Shown here: positions 1 through 9,803 of the stretch, one piece after another
Position numbering within the stretch: position 1 is the stretch's first letter
Layout: each line of letters opens with the position of its first letter
From: Deltaproteobacteria bacterium
GTDB lineage: Bacteria; Myxococcota_A; UBA9160; SMWR01
DNA: 64,000 nt
Reading direction: 5' to 3'
NCBI GenBank assembly: GCA_032128115.1
Contig: JAQBHB010000093.1
Span: 64,001-128,000 of the forward strand
Notes under the pieces: generated by a model
The model's database searches: none
What the model saw: the letters and a program-made list of their open reading frames with translations, nothing else
What the model was told of the DNA's origin: nothing
Translations under genes and position numbers: made by a program

Positions 1-1
1 C

Positions 2-403
2 ATGGCCGGCCGCGCCTACGATCTCCGTACCATCGAGAAGTCGATCGAAGATCGCAGCGACAACACCACGCGTTTCCTGGTGTTGGGAACGCGCGAGCCC
101 GAAGCCAGCGGCGACGATCTCACGTCGGCTGTCTTCACGATCCGCAAGGACCAGGCCGGGGCGCTGTACCGGCTGATCGAGCCGTTCGCGCGCTCCGGGG
201 TGAGCCTCACCTCGATCCAGCAGCGCCCCATCCAGGGGAAGCCCTGGGAGTACCTGTTCTTCGTGGATGTGGAAGGTCACAGGAGCGAGAAAGCCGTGGC
301 GGAAGCCCTTGCGGCTGCCGCCGAGATCGCCCACTCCCACCGGATCCTGGGTTCGTTTCCGCGTGCGCGCCGAAGCGAAACGGGTCCCGGAGGGCGTCGC
401 TAG
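2..403 (+). CDS. pheA: Prephenate dehydratase (P-protein), C-terminal part; truncated by the window edge
   Basis: DNTTRFLVLG motif, followed by an ACT domain (GALYRLIEPF...SLTSIQQRP...WEYLFFVDVEGH...LGSFP); lies directly upstream of hisC-tyrA. Confidence 0.93.
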   Translation: MAGRAYDLRTIEKSIEDRSDNTTRFLVLGTREPEASGDDLTSAVFTIRKDQAGALYRLIEPFARSGVSLTSIQQRPIQGKPWEYLFFVDVEGHRSEKAVAEALAAAAEIAHSHRILGSFPRARRSETGPGGRR

Positions 404-407
404 GGCC

Positions 408-1535
408 ATGGCATTGGAACGCGTCGTCAAGCCCCACGTGCTCTCGCTCGAGCCCTACGAACCCGGCAAGCCGGCGGAAGAGCTGGACCGGGAGCTGGGG
501 ATCGAGGGCTCCATCAAGCTGGCATCCAACGAGAACCCCAACGGTCCGTCACCGCGGGCGGTCGAGGCCGTTCGCGCTGCCGCCGCAACGGTGCACCGCT
601 ATCCGGACGGGGCGAGCTTCGCCTTGCGCCATCGGCTCGCTCGCGATCTGGCAGTGGACGGGTCCCAGTTGGTGTTCGGCTGCGGAGCCGACGAGTTGCT
701 CGAACTCCTGTGCAAGGTGCTGGTGGGACCTGGCGATGAGGTGGTCTACGCCTGGCCGTCGTTCGCCATGTATCCGATCGTGGTGCGCGGAATGGGCGGC
801 ACCCCGGTACCCGTGTCTCTGACTCCGGACTTCGTACACGACCTGCCGGCCCTGGCTGCGGCCATCACCAAACGCACGCGGCTCGTGCTGGTGTGCAATC
901 CGAACAATCCGACGGGGACCAGCGTGGGTGCCGAGGCCCTGGACGGCTTCCTGGCGGGCCTGCCATCGGACGTGGTGGTGGCCATCGATGAGGCCTACGT
1001 GGACTTCGCGCGGCGCAGCGACTTCCCGGATTCGTTGGCCTGGGTTCGTCGCCGACCGGGGACGATCGTGCTGCGCACGTTCTCGAAGATCCTGGGCCTG
1101 GCGGGTCTGCGCATCGGCTACGGCGTCGCCGACGCCGAGCTGGCCGACTACCTGCAGCGGGCGCGGCATCCGTTCAACGTGAATCGGCTGGCGGAAGTGG
1201 CGGCGCTCGCGGCCCTGGACGACCTGGAGCACGTGGAGCGCACGCTGCGCGCCAACGCCGAGGGTGTCGACTACCTGACCCGGGAACTCGAGGCGCTGGG
1301 CGTCCAGGTCTGGCCCACGGACGCGAACTTCCTGCTGGCGCGCACGGGCCCGGGTGTCCAGGAGCGGTTGCTGAGCGAGGGGGTGATCGTACGTCCCCTC
1401 CACGGCTTCGGAATGCCGGAACACGTGCGGATCAGCATCGGTCTGCCCGAAGAGAACGAGCGCCTGGTCAAGACCCTGCGCCGCCTGAACGAGTCGCGCC
1501 CGGGTGAGAGCTCCCGTCGCGAGGGGGTGGCGTGA
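408..1535 (+). CDS. hisC: Histidinol-phosphate / aromatic aminotransferase
   Basis: IKLASNENP, YPD, CNPNNPTG, IDEAY and RTFSKILGLAGLRIGY (PLP lysine) motifs. ATG at 408, just after the pheA stop. Confidence 0.93.
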   Translation: MALERVVKPHVLSLEPYEPGKPAEELDRELGIEGSIKLASNENPNGPSPRAVEAVRAAAATVHRYPDGASFALRHRLARDLAVDGSQLVFGCGADELLELLCKVLVGPGDEVVYAWPSFAMYPIVVRGMGGTPVPVSLTPDFVHDLPALAAAITKRTRLVLVCNPNNPTGTSVGAEALDGFLAGLPSDVVVAIDEAYVDFARRSDFPDSLAWVRRRPGTIVLRTFSKILGLAGLRIGYGVADAELADYLQRARHPFNVNRLAEVAALAALDDLEHVERTLRANAEGVDYLTRELEALGVQVWPTDANFLLARTGPGVQERLLSEGVIVRPLHGFGMPEHVRISIGLPEENERLVKTLRRLNESRPGESSRREGVA

Positions 1536-2464
1536 CGCCCGATTTCCAGCGGGTGGCGGTTCTGGGACTGGGTCTGCTGGGAGGCTCGGTTGCGCTGGCG
1601 GTCCGTGGTCGGGGCGTGGCGGCCTGCGTCAGCGGTGCGGGCCGACGCCGTGAGGTGGCGGATCGGGCCCTGGCACAGGGCGCCATCGACGAGGCCGGGA
1701 GCTACGAGGAGGCGGTGAGCGGGGCGGAGCTGGTGGTGCTGGCGACCCCCGTATTCGCCATGAGCGAAATGGTGAGCAAGATCGCCCCGGCCCTGGCGGA
1801 GGGCGCGATCGTCACCGATGTGGGAAGCGTGAAGGGCGCCCTGGTGGAGACGCTGCCGGGACTGCTGCCCCGCGGTGTCCACTACGTAGGCTCCCACCCC
1901 ATGGCGGGGAGTCACCAGCGCGGCATCGAGCACGCGCGGGCCGATCTCTTCGAGGGTGCGCCCTGCGTCGTGACGACCAGTAGCGATGCGCGGGCGCAGC
2001 AGCGCGTGTGCGACTTCTGGAGCGCCCTGGGGGCCGTTGTCCTGATCCGGGACCCGGCGGTGCACGATGAAGAAGTGGCGTGGATGAGCCATGTGCCCCA
2101 TGTGCTTGCGTTCGCCTTCGCCCGGGCGCTGGAACGGGCTCCAGCCGGCGCCCACCAGGTGGCCGGCACGGGATTTCGCGATTTCACCCGGATCGCCCAG
2201 AGCGATCCGGAGCTGTGGGGTGGCATCCTCACGGCGAACCGGAAGGCGATCGCCGCGCCGTTGCAATCGGTGGCCGAGGCCCTGACCGAGCTGGGCCGGG
2301 CCATCGAGGCGGACGATGCGGATGCGCTGGAGCGCTGGATTGCCATGGCGCGCGAGGCCCTGTCCTCGATTGATTCCAACTCCGTAGGGTGCGATGAGCG
2401 CACTCCCGCGGACTCCACCCAGACCCTTACGGGGAGCGCAGGCTCTCCAGAGGCAAAGGACTGA
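1532..2464 (+). CDS. tyrA: Prephenate/arogenate dehydrogenase
   Basis: GLGLLGGS Rossmann motif, TDVGSVK, HPMAG, SHVPH and GFRDFTRIA; GTGA overlap with hisC. Confidence 0.92.
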   Translation: MTPDFQRVAVLGLGLLGGSVALAVRGRGVAACVSGAGRRREVADRALAQGAIDEAGSYEEAVSGAELVVLATPVFAMSEMVSKIAPALAEGAIVTDVGSVKGALVETLPGLLPRGVHYVGSHPMAGSHQRGIEHARADLFEGAPCVVTTSSDARAQQRVCDFWSALGAVVLIRDPAVHDEEVAWMSHVPHVLAFAFARALERAPAGAHQVAGTGFRDFTRIAQSDPELWGGILTANRKAIAAPLQSVAEALTELGRAIEADDADALERWIAMAREALSSIDSNSVGCDERTPADSTQTLTGSAGSPEAKD

Positions 2465-2474
2465 TCAACTTCGA

Positions 2475-4184
2475 ATGAATGAGGCCACCACGACGGGAGC
2501 CGGCGAGAGCTTCGCCGAGCTCTTTGAACAGAGCGTCAAGAACTTCAAGGAGGGCGAGGTCGTCCGCGGCACGGTGCTGTCGATAGACGAGGATCACGTC
2601 CAGATCGACATCGGTTTCAAGTCAGAAGGGCTCGTGCCCACATGGGAGTTCATGGACGAGGATGGAATCCTCCTCGTGGCTGCCGGCGACACGGTGGACG
2701 TGCTGGTGGAGGAGTCCGAGGATTCGTACGGGCGGATCGTGCTTTCCAAGGAGAAGGCCGACCGTCTGCTGATCTGGGACGAGATCAGCAATGCGTTCAA
2801 GGCCGACGAGCCGGTCGAAGGAATCGTCGTGGCCCGGGTGAAGGGCGGTTTGGCGGTGGACATCGGGGTCAAGGCCTTCCTGCCCGGTTCCCAGGTCGAC
2901 CTCCGGCCCGTGCGAAATCTGGAGCACGTGGTCGGGCAGAAGCTTCAGTTCAAGATCATCAAATTCAACAAGCGTCGCGGCAACATCGTGCTCTCTCGGC
3001 GCGCTCTGCTCGAGACCGAGCGCCGGAAGCTGCGTGAGACCACGCTCGAGACCCTGGCTCCCGGCCAGATCATCGATGGCGTGATCAAGAACCTCACCGA
3101 CTACGGAGCGTTCATCGACCTGGGCGGGATCGACGGCCTGCTGCACGTGACGGACATGTCGTGGGGGCGGGTCAGCCACCCCAGCGAGCTGTTCAACGTG
3201 GGCGACGAGATCAAGGTCAAGGTGCTCAAGTTCGACGTGGAGAGCGAACGGGTCTCGCTGGGCCTCAAGCAGATCCAGCCCGATCCCTGGATCGATGCCT
3301 CCCTCCGCTACCCGGTGGGCAAGCGGGTCACTGGCAAGGTGGTTTCGCTGGCGGAGTACGGTGCGTTCGTCGAGCTGGAAGCGGGCATCGAGGGACTGAT
3401 CCACGTGTCCGAGATGTCCTGGACCAAGCGCGTCAAACATCCCTCCAAGGTGGTGTCCGTGGGCGACGAAGCCGAGTCGGTCGTCCTGGACGTGGACGAG
3501 CGCGAGCGCAAGATCGCCCTGGGCATGAAGCAGATCGAGGAGAATCCCTGGAGCGTGATCGAGGAGTCCTACCCCATTGGCACCCGGGTCACGGGGACGA
3601 TCCGCAACATCACCAACTTCGGAATCTTCGTGGGTCTCGAGGAGGGGATCGACGGCCTCGTGCACGTGTCCGACGTGTCGTGGACCGAGCAGATCAAGCA
3701 TCCCGGTGAGAAATTCAAGAAGGGGGATGCGATCGAGGCGGTGGTGCTCAAGATCGACAAGGAGAACGAGAAGTTCTCCCTGGGCATCAAGCAGCTCGAG
3801 GCGAATCCGTGGGAGGAGATCCTCAAGAAGTACCCGGTGGGCAGCGAGGTCACTGGAGAGGTCACGCGAGTGGCGGACTTCGGCGCCTTCGTGAAGCTCG
3901 AAGAGGGGATCGAGGGGCTGATCTACAGCTCCGAACTCTCGACGGAACGGGTCGATAACCCGACCGAAGTGGTCTCGGAAGGCCAGCAGCTCACCGCCCT
4001 GGTGGTGAAGGTCGATCCGACGGAACAAAAGATCTCGCTCTCGATCAAGGCGCTTAGCGACAAGGAGCAGCGCAACACATTGAAGAAGCTGGCTGTGGAA
4101 CAGTCGCGAAGCCAGACGGCGACACTTGGCGATCTGCTCGCCGACAAGCTGGCGCAGAAGGCCGATGGGGGTGACGAGCAATGA
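2475..4184 (+). CDS. rpsA: 30S ribosomal protein S1
   Basis: Six S1 domains (DIGFKSEG, AFLPGSQVD, YGAFIDLGGIDGLLHVTDMSW, GIEGLIHVSEMSW and others). Start placed at ATG 2475 (MNEATT). Confidence 0.97.
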   Translation: MNEATTTGAGESFAELFEQSVKNFKEGEVVRGTVLSIDEDHVQIDIGFKSEGLVPTWEFMDEDGILLVAAGDTVDVLVEESEDSYGRIVLSKEKADRLLIWDEISNAFKADEPVEGIVVARVKGGLAVDIGVKAFLPGSQVDLRPVRNLEHVVGQKLQFKIIKFNKRRGNIVLSRRALLETERRKLRETTLETLAPGQIIDGVIKNLTDYGAFIDLGGIDGLLHVTDMSWGRVSHPSELFNVGDEIKVKVLKFDVESERVSLGLKQIQPDPWIDASLRYPVGKRVTGKVVSLAEYGAFVELEAGIEGLIHVSEMSWTKRVKHPSKVVSVGDEAESVVLDVDERERKIALGMKQIEENPWSVIEESYPIGTRVTGTIRNITNFGIFVGLEEGIDGLVHVSDVSWTEQIKHPGEKFKKGDAIEAVVLKIDKENEKFSLGIKQLEANPWEEILKKYPVGSEVTGEVTRVADFGAFVKLEEGIEGLIYSSELSTERVDNPTEVVSEGQQLTALVVKVDPTEQKISLSIKALSDKEQRNTLKKLAVEQSRSQTATLGDLLADKLAQKADGGDEQ

Positions 4185-4507
4185 CCAAGAGCGGCCTGAT
4201 CGAGGCGGTCGCCGACAGGACCCCGCACATCTCGAAGAAGGACACGGAGATCGTGGTGAACACGATCTTCGATGCGATGGCCGCTGCGCTCAAGCACGGC
4301 GAGCGCATCGAGATCCGCGGCTTCGGGAGTTTCCAGGTCAAGGTGCGGGAAGCGCGGGAGGGTCGGAATCCGAAGACCGGCGAGCCTGTGCACATTTCCG
4401 CCAAGCGCACGCCGTTCTTCAAGGTGGGCAAGGAACTCAAGGAAATGGTCGACGACGCCCCCAAGAGCGAGGATTCGGCCGCCATGGGGAACTCCGAGTC
4501 GGCCTGA
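4181..4507 (+). CDS. ihfB: Integration host factor subunit beta
   Basis: MTKSGLI...GERIEIRGFGSF...GRNPKTGE...PFFKVGKELKE; follows rpsA with an ATGA overlap. Confidence 0.93.
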   Translation: MTKSGLIEAVADRTPHISKKDTEIVVNTIFDAMAAALKHGERIEIRGFGSFQVKVREAREGRNPKTGEPVHISAKRTPFFKVGKELKEMVDDAPKSEDSAAMGNSESA

Positions 4508-4514
4508 GGGCGCC

Positions 4515-4889
4515 ATGATGCGGATGCGGTTTGCGCGTCGGGCGCTCGGCTTCGGGCTCTTCGTTGGGGCGCTCGCCCTCGGGTGGGCCTTCGGCGGCAG
4601 GAACTCGTCCCCGATCGCCGTGGACTATCTGCTGGGGGTAACCCCGGCGGCGCCGCTGTGGGGCGTGCTGCTGGGTGCCTTTGCCATGGGAGCCGTCGGC
4701 GTGGGTGCCTGGGGCGCCTTCCAGGTGGCGAAGCTGGAGCTGGTAGCCCGCCGTTATCGCAAGCAGGTTCATGGGCTCGAATCCGAGGTCCACCAGCTTC
4801 GGAACCTGCCGCTGGCCGATGAGCCCGGGCGGGGCGACCCGCTGGCCGCCGACATCGCGCCAGGGCCTGCTCTCGGGCGGGGCGCGTAG
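4515..4889 (+). CDS. LapA-like (DUF1049) small membrane protein
   Basis: Two hydrophobic segments followed by a coiled coil (LESEVHQLRNLP); sits in the canonical position between ihfB and a lapB-like gene. ATG at 4515. Confidence 0.75.
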   Translation: MMRMRFARRALGFGLFVGALALGWAFGGRNSSPIAVDYLLGVTPAAPLWGVLLGAFAMGAVGVGAWGAFQVAKLELVARRYRKQVHGLESEVHQLRNLPLADEPGRGDPLAADIAPGPALGRGA

Positions 4890-4894
4890 TCCGC

Positions 4895-5926
4895 ATGCGC
4901 TGGCTCGTGCGGGCGTTCGGGGGGAACGCGCGCGCGCCGCGGGACGTCGATGCGACGCTGCGGTCAGCGCTTCTCGCCGTGCTGGATCGCAATCTGGACG
5001 AAGCGGAGTCCTTGCTGACGCGGGCGGTGCGGATCGATTCGACCGCGACGGAGCCCTACCAGGCGCTGGCTCGCCTGTACCGAGCGCGCGGGGAGATCGG
5101 CCGGGCGATTCGCATCCACCAGAACCTGCTGATGCGCGCCGACCTGCGCACCGAGCCGGGTGTTTCGGTGCTGGCGGATCTGGCCGAGGACTTTCGGCGC
5201 GGGGGCTTCCTGCGCCGGGCGATCGCGTCGTATCGCGAGGTCGTGCGCCACGACCCTCGCCACCGCCGCGCCCTGCAGGCGCTGGTGGATTTATTGTCGG
5301 AGGTGCGGGATTTCGAGGCGGCAATCGGGATGGAGCGGCGACTCGCCCGCCTGGAGCGACGCGGCTCGGGCACGGGGGAGGCGCGGCTGCGCGTGGCCAT
5401 GGCGCAGGCCGCTCGGGCCGAGGGGCGTGGCGACGACGCCCTGCGCGCGGTGAAACAGGCACTGCGCAAGGATCGCCAGCTGTCGGACGCCTGGATCGTC
5501 CTGGGAGAGCTGGAATCGGAACGCGGTCGTGTGCGTTCGGCGGTGAAGGCCTGGAAGCGCGCCTCCGAGATCGATCGGAACAGCGGCGCCCGGGTCTACC
5601 CACGGCTGGCTGCGGCCTACGCCAGCCTGGATCGCGCGGTCGAGTACGAGAACTGGCTGCGCCAGGGAATCGAAGGCCACGCCGACGATGTGGAGGCTCG
5701 CCTCGCCCTGGCGCGCTCGCTGGCGGGCCGAGGCGACGCGGCGTCGGCCCTCGACGAGCTGCGCCGGGGGCTGGAACGGCATCCCGAGAACCTCGAGCTG
5801 CGCGGGACCCTGGGTCGCATCCTGCTCTCCGAGCACCGGGACCCGGATGCGATCGTTGCGTATGCGGAGCTGTTGGACGTGATCGAGCGCGGCTCTTCGA
5901 AACCTGGAGCGGAGCACCTGTCGTGA
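4895..5926 (+). CDS. LapB/YciM-like TPR protein
   Basis: TPR repeats with the LapB-type RGEIGRAIRIHQNL and LAEDFRRGGFLRRA segments; synteny with ihfB-lapA. Confidence 0.72.
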   Translation: MRWLVRAFGGNARAPRDVDATLRSALLAVLDRNLDEAESLLTRAVRIDSTATEPYQALARLYRARGEIGRAIRIHQNLLMRADLRTEPGVSVLADLAEDFRRGGFLRRAIASYREVVRHDPRHRRALQALVDLLSEVRDFEAAIGMERRLARLERRGSGTGEARLRVAMAQAARAEGRGDDALRAVKQALRKDRQLSDAWIVLGELESERGRVRSAVKAWKRASEIDRNSGARVYPRLAAAYASLDRAVEYENWLRQGIEGHADDVEARLALARSLAGRGDAASALDELRRGLERHPENLELRGTLGRILLSEHRDPDAIVAYAELLDVIERGSSKPGAEHLS

Positions 5927-8646
5927 AGCGCTCGGCTCTCGAGACCCCGATGATGCGCCACTATCTGAGCATCAAGGCGAAGCACCCGGACGCCATCGTG
6001 TTCTATCGGATGGGTGACTTCTACGAGATGTTCCTCAGGGACGCAGAGCTGGCGGCTCCGCTACTCGACATCGCACTCACCACCCGGGATCGTGGCAAGA
6101 CCGATCCGGTTCCCATGTGCGGGATCCCCGTACACAGCGCCGATGGCTACGTGAAGCGATTGGCCGAGCTCGGCCACCGGGTGGCCATCTGTGAGCAGGT
6201 GGAAGACGCCCGGGCGGCCGCGGGCAAGCGCCTGGTGCGGCGCGATGTCGTGGAGGTGGTGACCCCCGGCCTGGTGGGTGACCCGGAAGGCATCGAGGCG
6301 GTTCGCGAGCTCACCCTGGTGGCCGTCTACCCGGGAGAATCGACGGGCCTGGCCGTGCTTGACGCCTCCACCGGCGACCTGCGCGCAACCCGGGTGGACA
6401 CGCTGGGCCAGGGCAGGCTTGCCCCCGCGCTCCTCGAGGAACTCCAGCGCGTGGAGCCTCGCGAGCTGCTGCTGTCGGAAGCGGCCGACGGACCCCTGGC
6501 CGCGCGCCTTCAGGCGTTGCTTCCGCGGGTGGCAATCACGCGCGTGGCGCCCGCAAGCTTCGAGCCCTCGCGCGCGCCTGCAGAACCGGACGGCTTCGAC
6601 GCGAACGCCAGCGATGCGGCCCAGTGCGCGGCGGCCGCCCTGTTGGCGTACCTGCACGCGAACCAGCCGTTCGCACTTGCGCAGATCTCGCGACTTCGGC
6701 TCTACCGGCTCAGCGACAGCATGATCCTGGATGCGGCCACGTGTTCGCACCTGGAGCTGTTCCGAAACGGCGAAGACGGATCGCGGCGCTTCACCCTGAT
6801 CGAGCGCCTGGATCGCACGCGCACGCCGTTGGGAGCGCGGCGTTTGGCGCGTTGGATGGCGTATCCGCTCACGGACCCGGACACGATCCGGAATCGCCAG
6901 GATGGCGTGGCGTTCCTCGCCGATCGGGATCGGCAGCGGGCGCGTTTGCGCGATGCCCTGCGGAGCGTGCGCGACATGGAACGCCTGCTGGCCAAGACCG
7001 CGCGGCCGGGCGCCACGCCCCGTGACCTGGCCGCCCTGCGCGATTCCCTCGAAGCGATTCCGGCGGTGCGGAGCAGCCTCGAGGATCCGGGCGCCGCGTC
7101 TCTCGCGGCGCGCGATGAGAAACGCGGATTGGGCCTGGATCTCGCCGATGGCAGGGATGCGTCGACCTTGACCCTGCCCGAGCCGGTTCCGCAGCTCGCG
7201 GAGCTCCTTCGCACGGGCCTGGTGGACCAGCCGACTGCGGTGGCGCGCGGATCGCGCGGGGCCGGCGAGACCGGGTACATCCGGGTCGGATTCCACGCAG
7301 AACTCGACGGTGTGCGCGGCGCCATGCACAAGGGCCGCGAGTGGATCGCGGGCCTGGAGGCGCGAGAACGCGGCCGCACGGGCATCGCCAATCTCAAGAT
7401 CCGATTCCACCCGGTGCACGGCTACGGGATCGAGGTCACCCGATCCAATCTCGAACGGGTTCCCGACGACTACGAACGCAAGCAGACCCTGGCCAACGCG
7501 GAGCGCTTCACGACCCCGGAGCTGCGGGCCGAAGAACAAGGCGTGCGCGGCGCTGGCGACCGCGCGGCGGCCCTGGAACGCGAGATTTTCGAATCCCTGC
7601 GCCAGTCTGCGCTTGCGAGCGCGTCGGCGATCCGCGCGGCGGCCGAGGCGGTGGCCGAACTCGATGCGCTGGCTTCGTTGGCGGAAGTGGCGCGCCAGGA
7701 CGGCTGGGTGCGGCCCCTGGTGGATGCCGGCGAAGGCCTCGAGATCCGGGCCGGCCGCCATCCGGTCGTCGAACCCGTGCTGGCCTCCCAGGGCGGCGAG
7801 CCCTTCGTGCCCAACGACACGGATCTCGATCCAAGCGGAGTGGCGTTGCTGGTGCTGACCGGGCCGAACATGTCCGGTAAGAGCACCTACCTGCGACAGG
7901 TGGCGCTGCTGGTCCTGCTGGCCCAGATGGGGAGCTTCGTGCCCGCTGAAAGCGCACGCGTGGGCGTGGTGGATCGGGTCTTCACGCGGGTGGGCGCCAG
8001 CGATCGACTGGCGCGGGGCGAGTCCACCTTCATGGTGGAGATGCGCGAGACGGCCGACATCCTGGCCCACGCCTCGCGCCGGAGTCTCCTGATCCTGGAC
8101 GAGATCGGCCGGGGCACCAGCACCTACGACGGCCTCTCGATCGCGTGGGCGGTGGCCGAGTACCTCCACGACACCCCGGGGCTGAGCGCGCGAACTCTGT
8201 TCGCCACCCACTATCACGAACTTTCGGATCTGGCGCGCACCAAGGCGCGAGTGCAGAACGCCCACTTCGAAGCCCGCGAGTGGAACGATACGGTGGTGTT
8301 CCTGCGTCGGCTCGTGCCCGGCGCGGCAAGCCGCTCCTACGGTATCCAGGTGGGGCGCCTGGCGGGGCTACCCGAACCGGTGTTGGTGCGCGCGCGCGAG
8401 ATCCTTTCCAACCTGGAACACGAGGAACTCGACGAGCGGGGCCGGCCGCGGATCGCCGGGGGCGTCGGCGCGGCACCTGCCCCCGACGACCAGCTTCCGC
8501 TCTTCTCCGGGCGCTCGCCGGCGCCGGGGGAGGCGGAGGCCCTGGAGGCCCTGCGCGCAATCGATCCCGATCGCACCACGCCGTTGGACGCCCTGGAGCT
8601 TCTCACGCGCCTCTCGAAACGGCTCTCGGACACGGGGGGAGCCTGA
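5923..8646 (+). CDS. mutS: DNA mismatch repair protein MutS
   Basis: TPMMRHY, FYRMGDFYEMF, TGPNMSGKSTYLRQ, GESTFMVEM, DEIGRGTST, FATHYHEL and SYGIQV motifs. GTG at 5923 overlaps the upstream stop; the ORF-track start at 4771 is over-extended. Confidence 0.97.
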   Translation: MKRSALETPMMRHYLSIKAKHPDAIVFYRMGDFYEMFLRDAELAAPLLDIALTTRDRGKTDPVPMCGIPVHSADGYVKRLAELGHRVAICEQVEDARAAAGKRLVRRDVVEVVTPGLVGDPEGIEAVRELTLVAVYPGESTGLAVLDASTGDLRATRVDTLGQGRLAPALLEELQRVEPRELLLSEAADGPLAARLQALLPRVAITRVAPASFEPSRAPAEPDGFDANASDAAQCAAAALLAYLHANQPFALAQISRLRLYRLSDSMILDAATCSHLELFRNGEDGSRRFTLIERLDRTRTPLGARRLARWMAYPLTDPDTIRNRQDGVAFLADRDRQRARLRDALRSVRDMERLLAKTARPGATPRDLAALRDSLEAIPAVRSSLEDPGAASLAARDEKRGLGLDLADGRDASTLTLPEPVPQLAELLRTGLVDQPTAVARGSRGAGETGYIRVGFHAELDGVRGAMHKGREWIAGLEARERGRTGIANLKIRFHPVHGYGIEVTRSNLERVPDDYERKQTLANAERFTTPELRAEEQGVRGAGDRAAALEREIFESLRQSALASASAIRAAAEAVAELDALASLAEVARQDGWVRPLVDAGEGLEIRAGRHPVVEPVLASQGGEPFVPNDTDLDPSGVALLVLTGPNMSGKSTYLRQVALLVLLAQMGSFVPAESARVGVVDRVFTRVGASDRLARGESTFMVEMRETADILAHASRRSLLILDEIGRGTSTYDGLSIAWAVAEYLHDTPGLSARTLFATHYHELSDLARTKARVQNAHFEAREWNDTVVFLRRLVPGAASRSYGIQVGRLAGLPEPVLVRAREILSNLEHEELDERGRPRIAGGVGAAPAPDDQLPLFSGRSPAPGEAEALEALRAIDPDRTTPLDALELLTRLSKRLSDTGGA

Positions 8647-9803
8647 TGCGTCGCGCGTGGCCGTGGCTGGCCCTGCCGCTGCTGCTCGGGTTGCTGGGAA
8701 TCGAGCGGCCGCGGGGCCTGGGCGATGTGGTGGAAGTGCGCCACTGGTCCTACCCGGACTACACACGGGTGGTGGTCGAGTTCGACCGGCCGGTGGACAG
8801 CCGCGTTCTCCATCTCTCTGCCGACCCGAAAGCCAGGCGGACCGAGCGCTTGTATCTGGACGTCGACGGGATCTGGGTCGGCAGGCGCTACATCGAGGGC
8901 GTCCCGGTGGGCGACGGGCTGCTGAAGGCCGTGCGCCTGGGTCAGAACACGCTGACCACGACGCGGGTGGTGATCGACGTGGAGCACTACGAGCGCCACC
9001 GCCTGCTGACCCTGACCCATCCGGACCGGCTGGTCGTGGACGTCTATGGCCCGCGCCGTGGCGAGAAGCCCCGGCCCGCCGATGGGCGCAGACTCTCGTC
9101 GCACCTGCGGCCGGTGCGCACCATCGTCGTCGACGCGGGCCACGGCGGCCGCGATCCCGGCGCCATCGGGGTGGGTAACATCCAGGAAAAGGCGGTGACC
9201 CTGCGTCTTGCCAAGGGGCTGGGAAAGCGACTGAAGGCGCTCGGATTCCAGGTGGTCCAGACCCGGGATGACGATCGCAGCATCGGCCTGGAGGAACGCA
9301 CCGCCATTGCCGAGGCCGCACAGGGTGATCTGTTCGTGTCGCTGCACGCCAACGCGGCCAAGCGGCGCTCGACTCGCGGAATCGAGACCTACTACCCGGC
9401 AGAGGGCCACGCGCGTCACAGCCTGGGTCTGGCGGCGCGCGAGAACGGAATCAAGCGGGACCAGGTCGACGCGCTCCAGAGGACGCTGGCCTCGCTCCGG
9501 GTCTCGGAGACCTCGCTGAGTTCCCAGCATCTGGCCACGCTGGTACAGGGCCGGATCGTCCAGGGCATCGGGGCTTCCTACGGTCCCGTGACCAATCTGG
9601 GCGTGAAGGAGGGGCCCTTCTACGTGCTCTTCCTGTCCAACATGCCGGCGATCCTGGTGGAGGCGGGGTTCCTCACCAACCGTGAGGAGGCGAAACGGTT
9701 GCGCGACGACAAGTACCTGGACGCGGTAGCCACCCAGATCGCCCGGGGTCTGCAGAATTACAGCGACGGCCAGACGGAACTGGCCATGGGGAGCATCGAG
9801 TGA
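8646..9803 (+). CDS. N-acetylmuramoyl-L-alanine amidase (AMIN + Amidase_3)
   Basis: Signal peptide, AMIN-like VRHWSYPDYTRVVVE, and Zn motifs DAGHGGRDPGA, SLHAN and LVEAGF. ATG overlaps the mutS TGA. Confidence 0.92.
   Translation: MRRAWPWLALPLLLGLLGIERPRGLGDVVEVRHWSYPDYTRVVVEFDRPVDSRVLHLSADPKARRTERLYLDVDGIWVGRRYIEGVPVGDGLLKAVRLGQNTLTTTRVVIDVEHYERHRLLTLTHPDRLVVDVYGPRRGEKPRPADGRRLSSHLRPVRTIVVDAGHGGRDPGAIGVGNIQEKAVTLRLAKGLGKRLKALGFQVVQTRDDDRSIGLEERTAIAEAAQGDLFVSLHANAAKRRSTRGIETYYPAEGHARHSLGLAARENGIKRDQVDALQRTLASLRVSETSLSSQHLATLVQGRIVQGIGASYGPVTNLGVKEGPFYVLFLSNMPAILVEAGFLTNREEAKRLRDDKYLDAVATQIARGLQNYSDGQTELAMGSIE

Noticed and set aside
2622..4181. 519-aa antisense ORF opposite rpsA, and similar long shadow ORFs such as 6061-8265, 54829-57462, 59415-61544 and 62308-63948
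   Set aside because: They mirror well-supported genes on the other strand and show no motifs; long stop-free antisense frames are expected with high-GC codon bias.
4771..5922. Apparent 384-aa N-terminal extension of MutS (1291-aa ORF)
   Set aside because: Low-complexity Arg/Gly/Ala text overlapping the lapB-like gene in another frame; MutS homology starts at GTG 5923.
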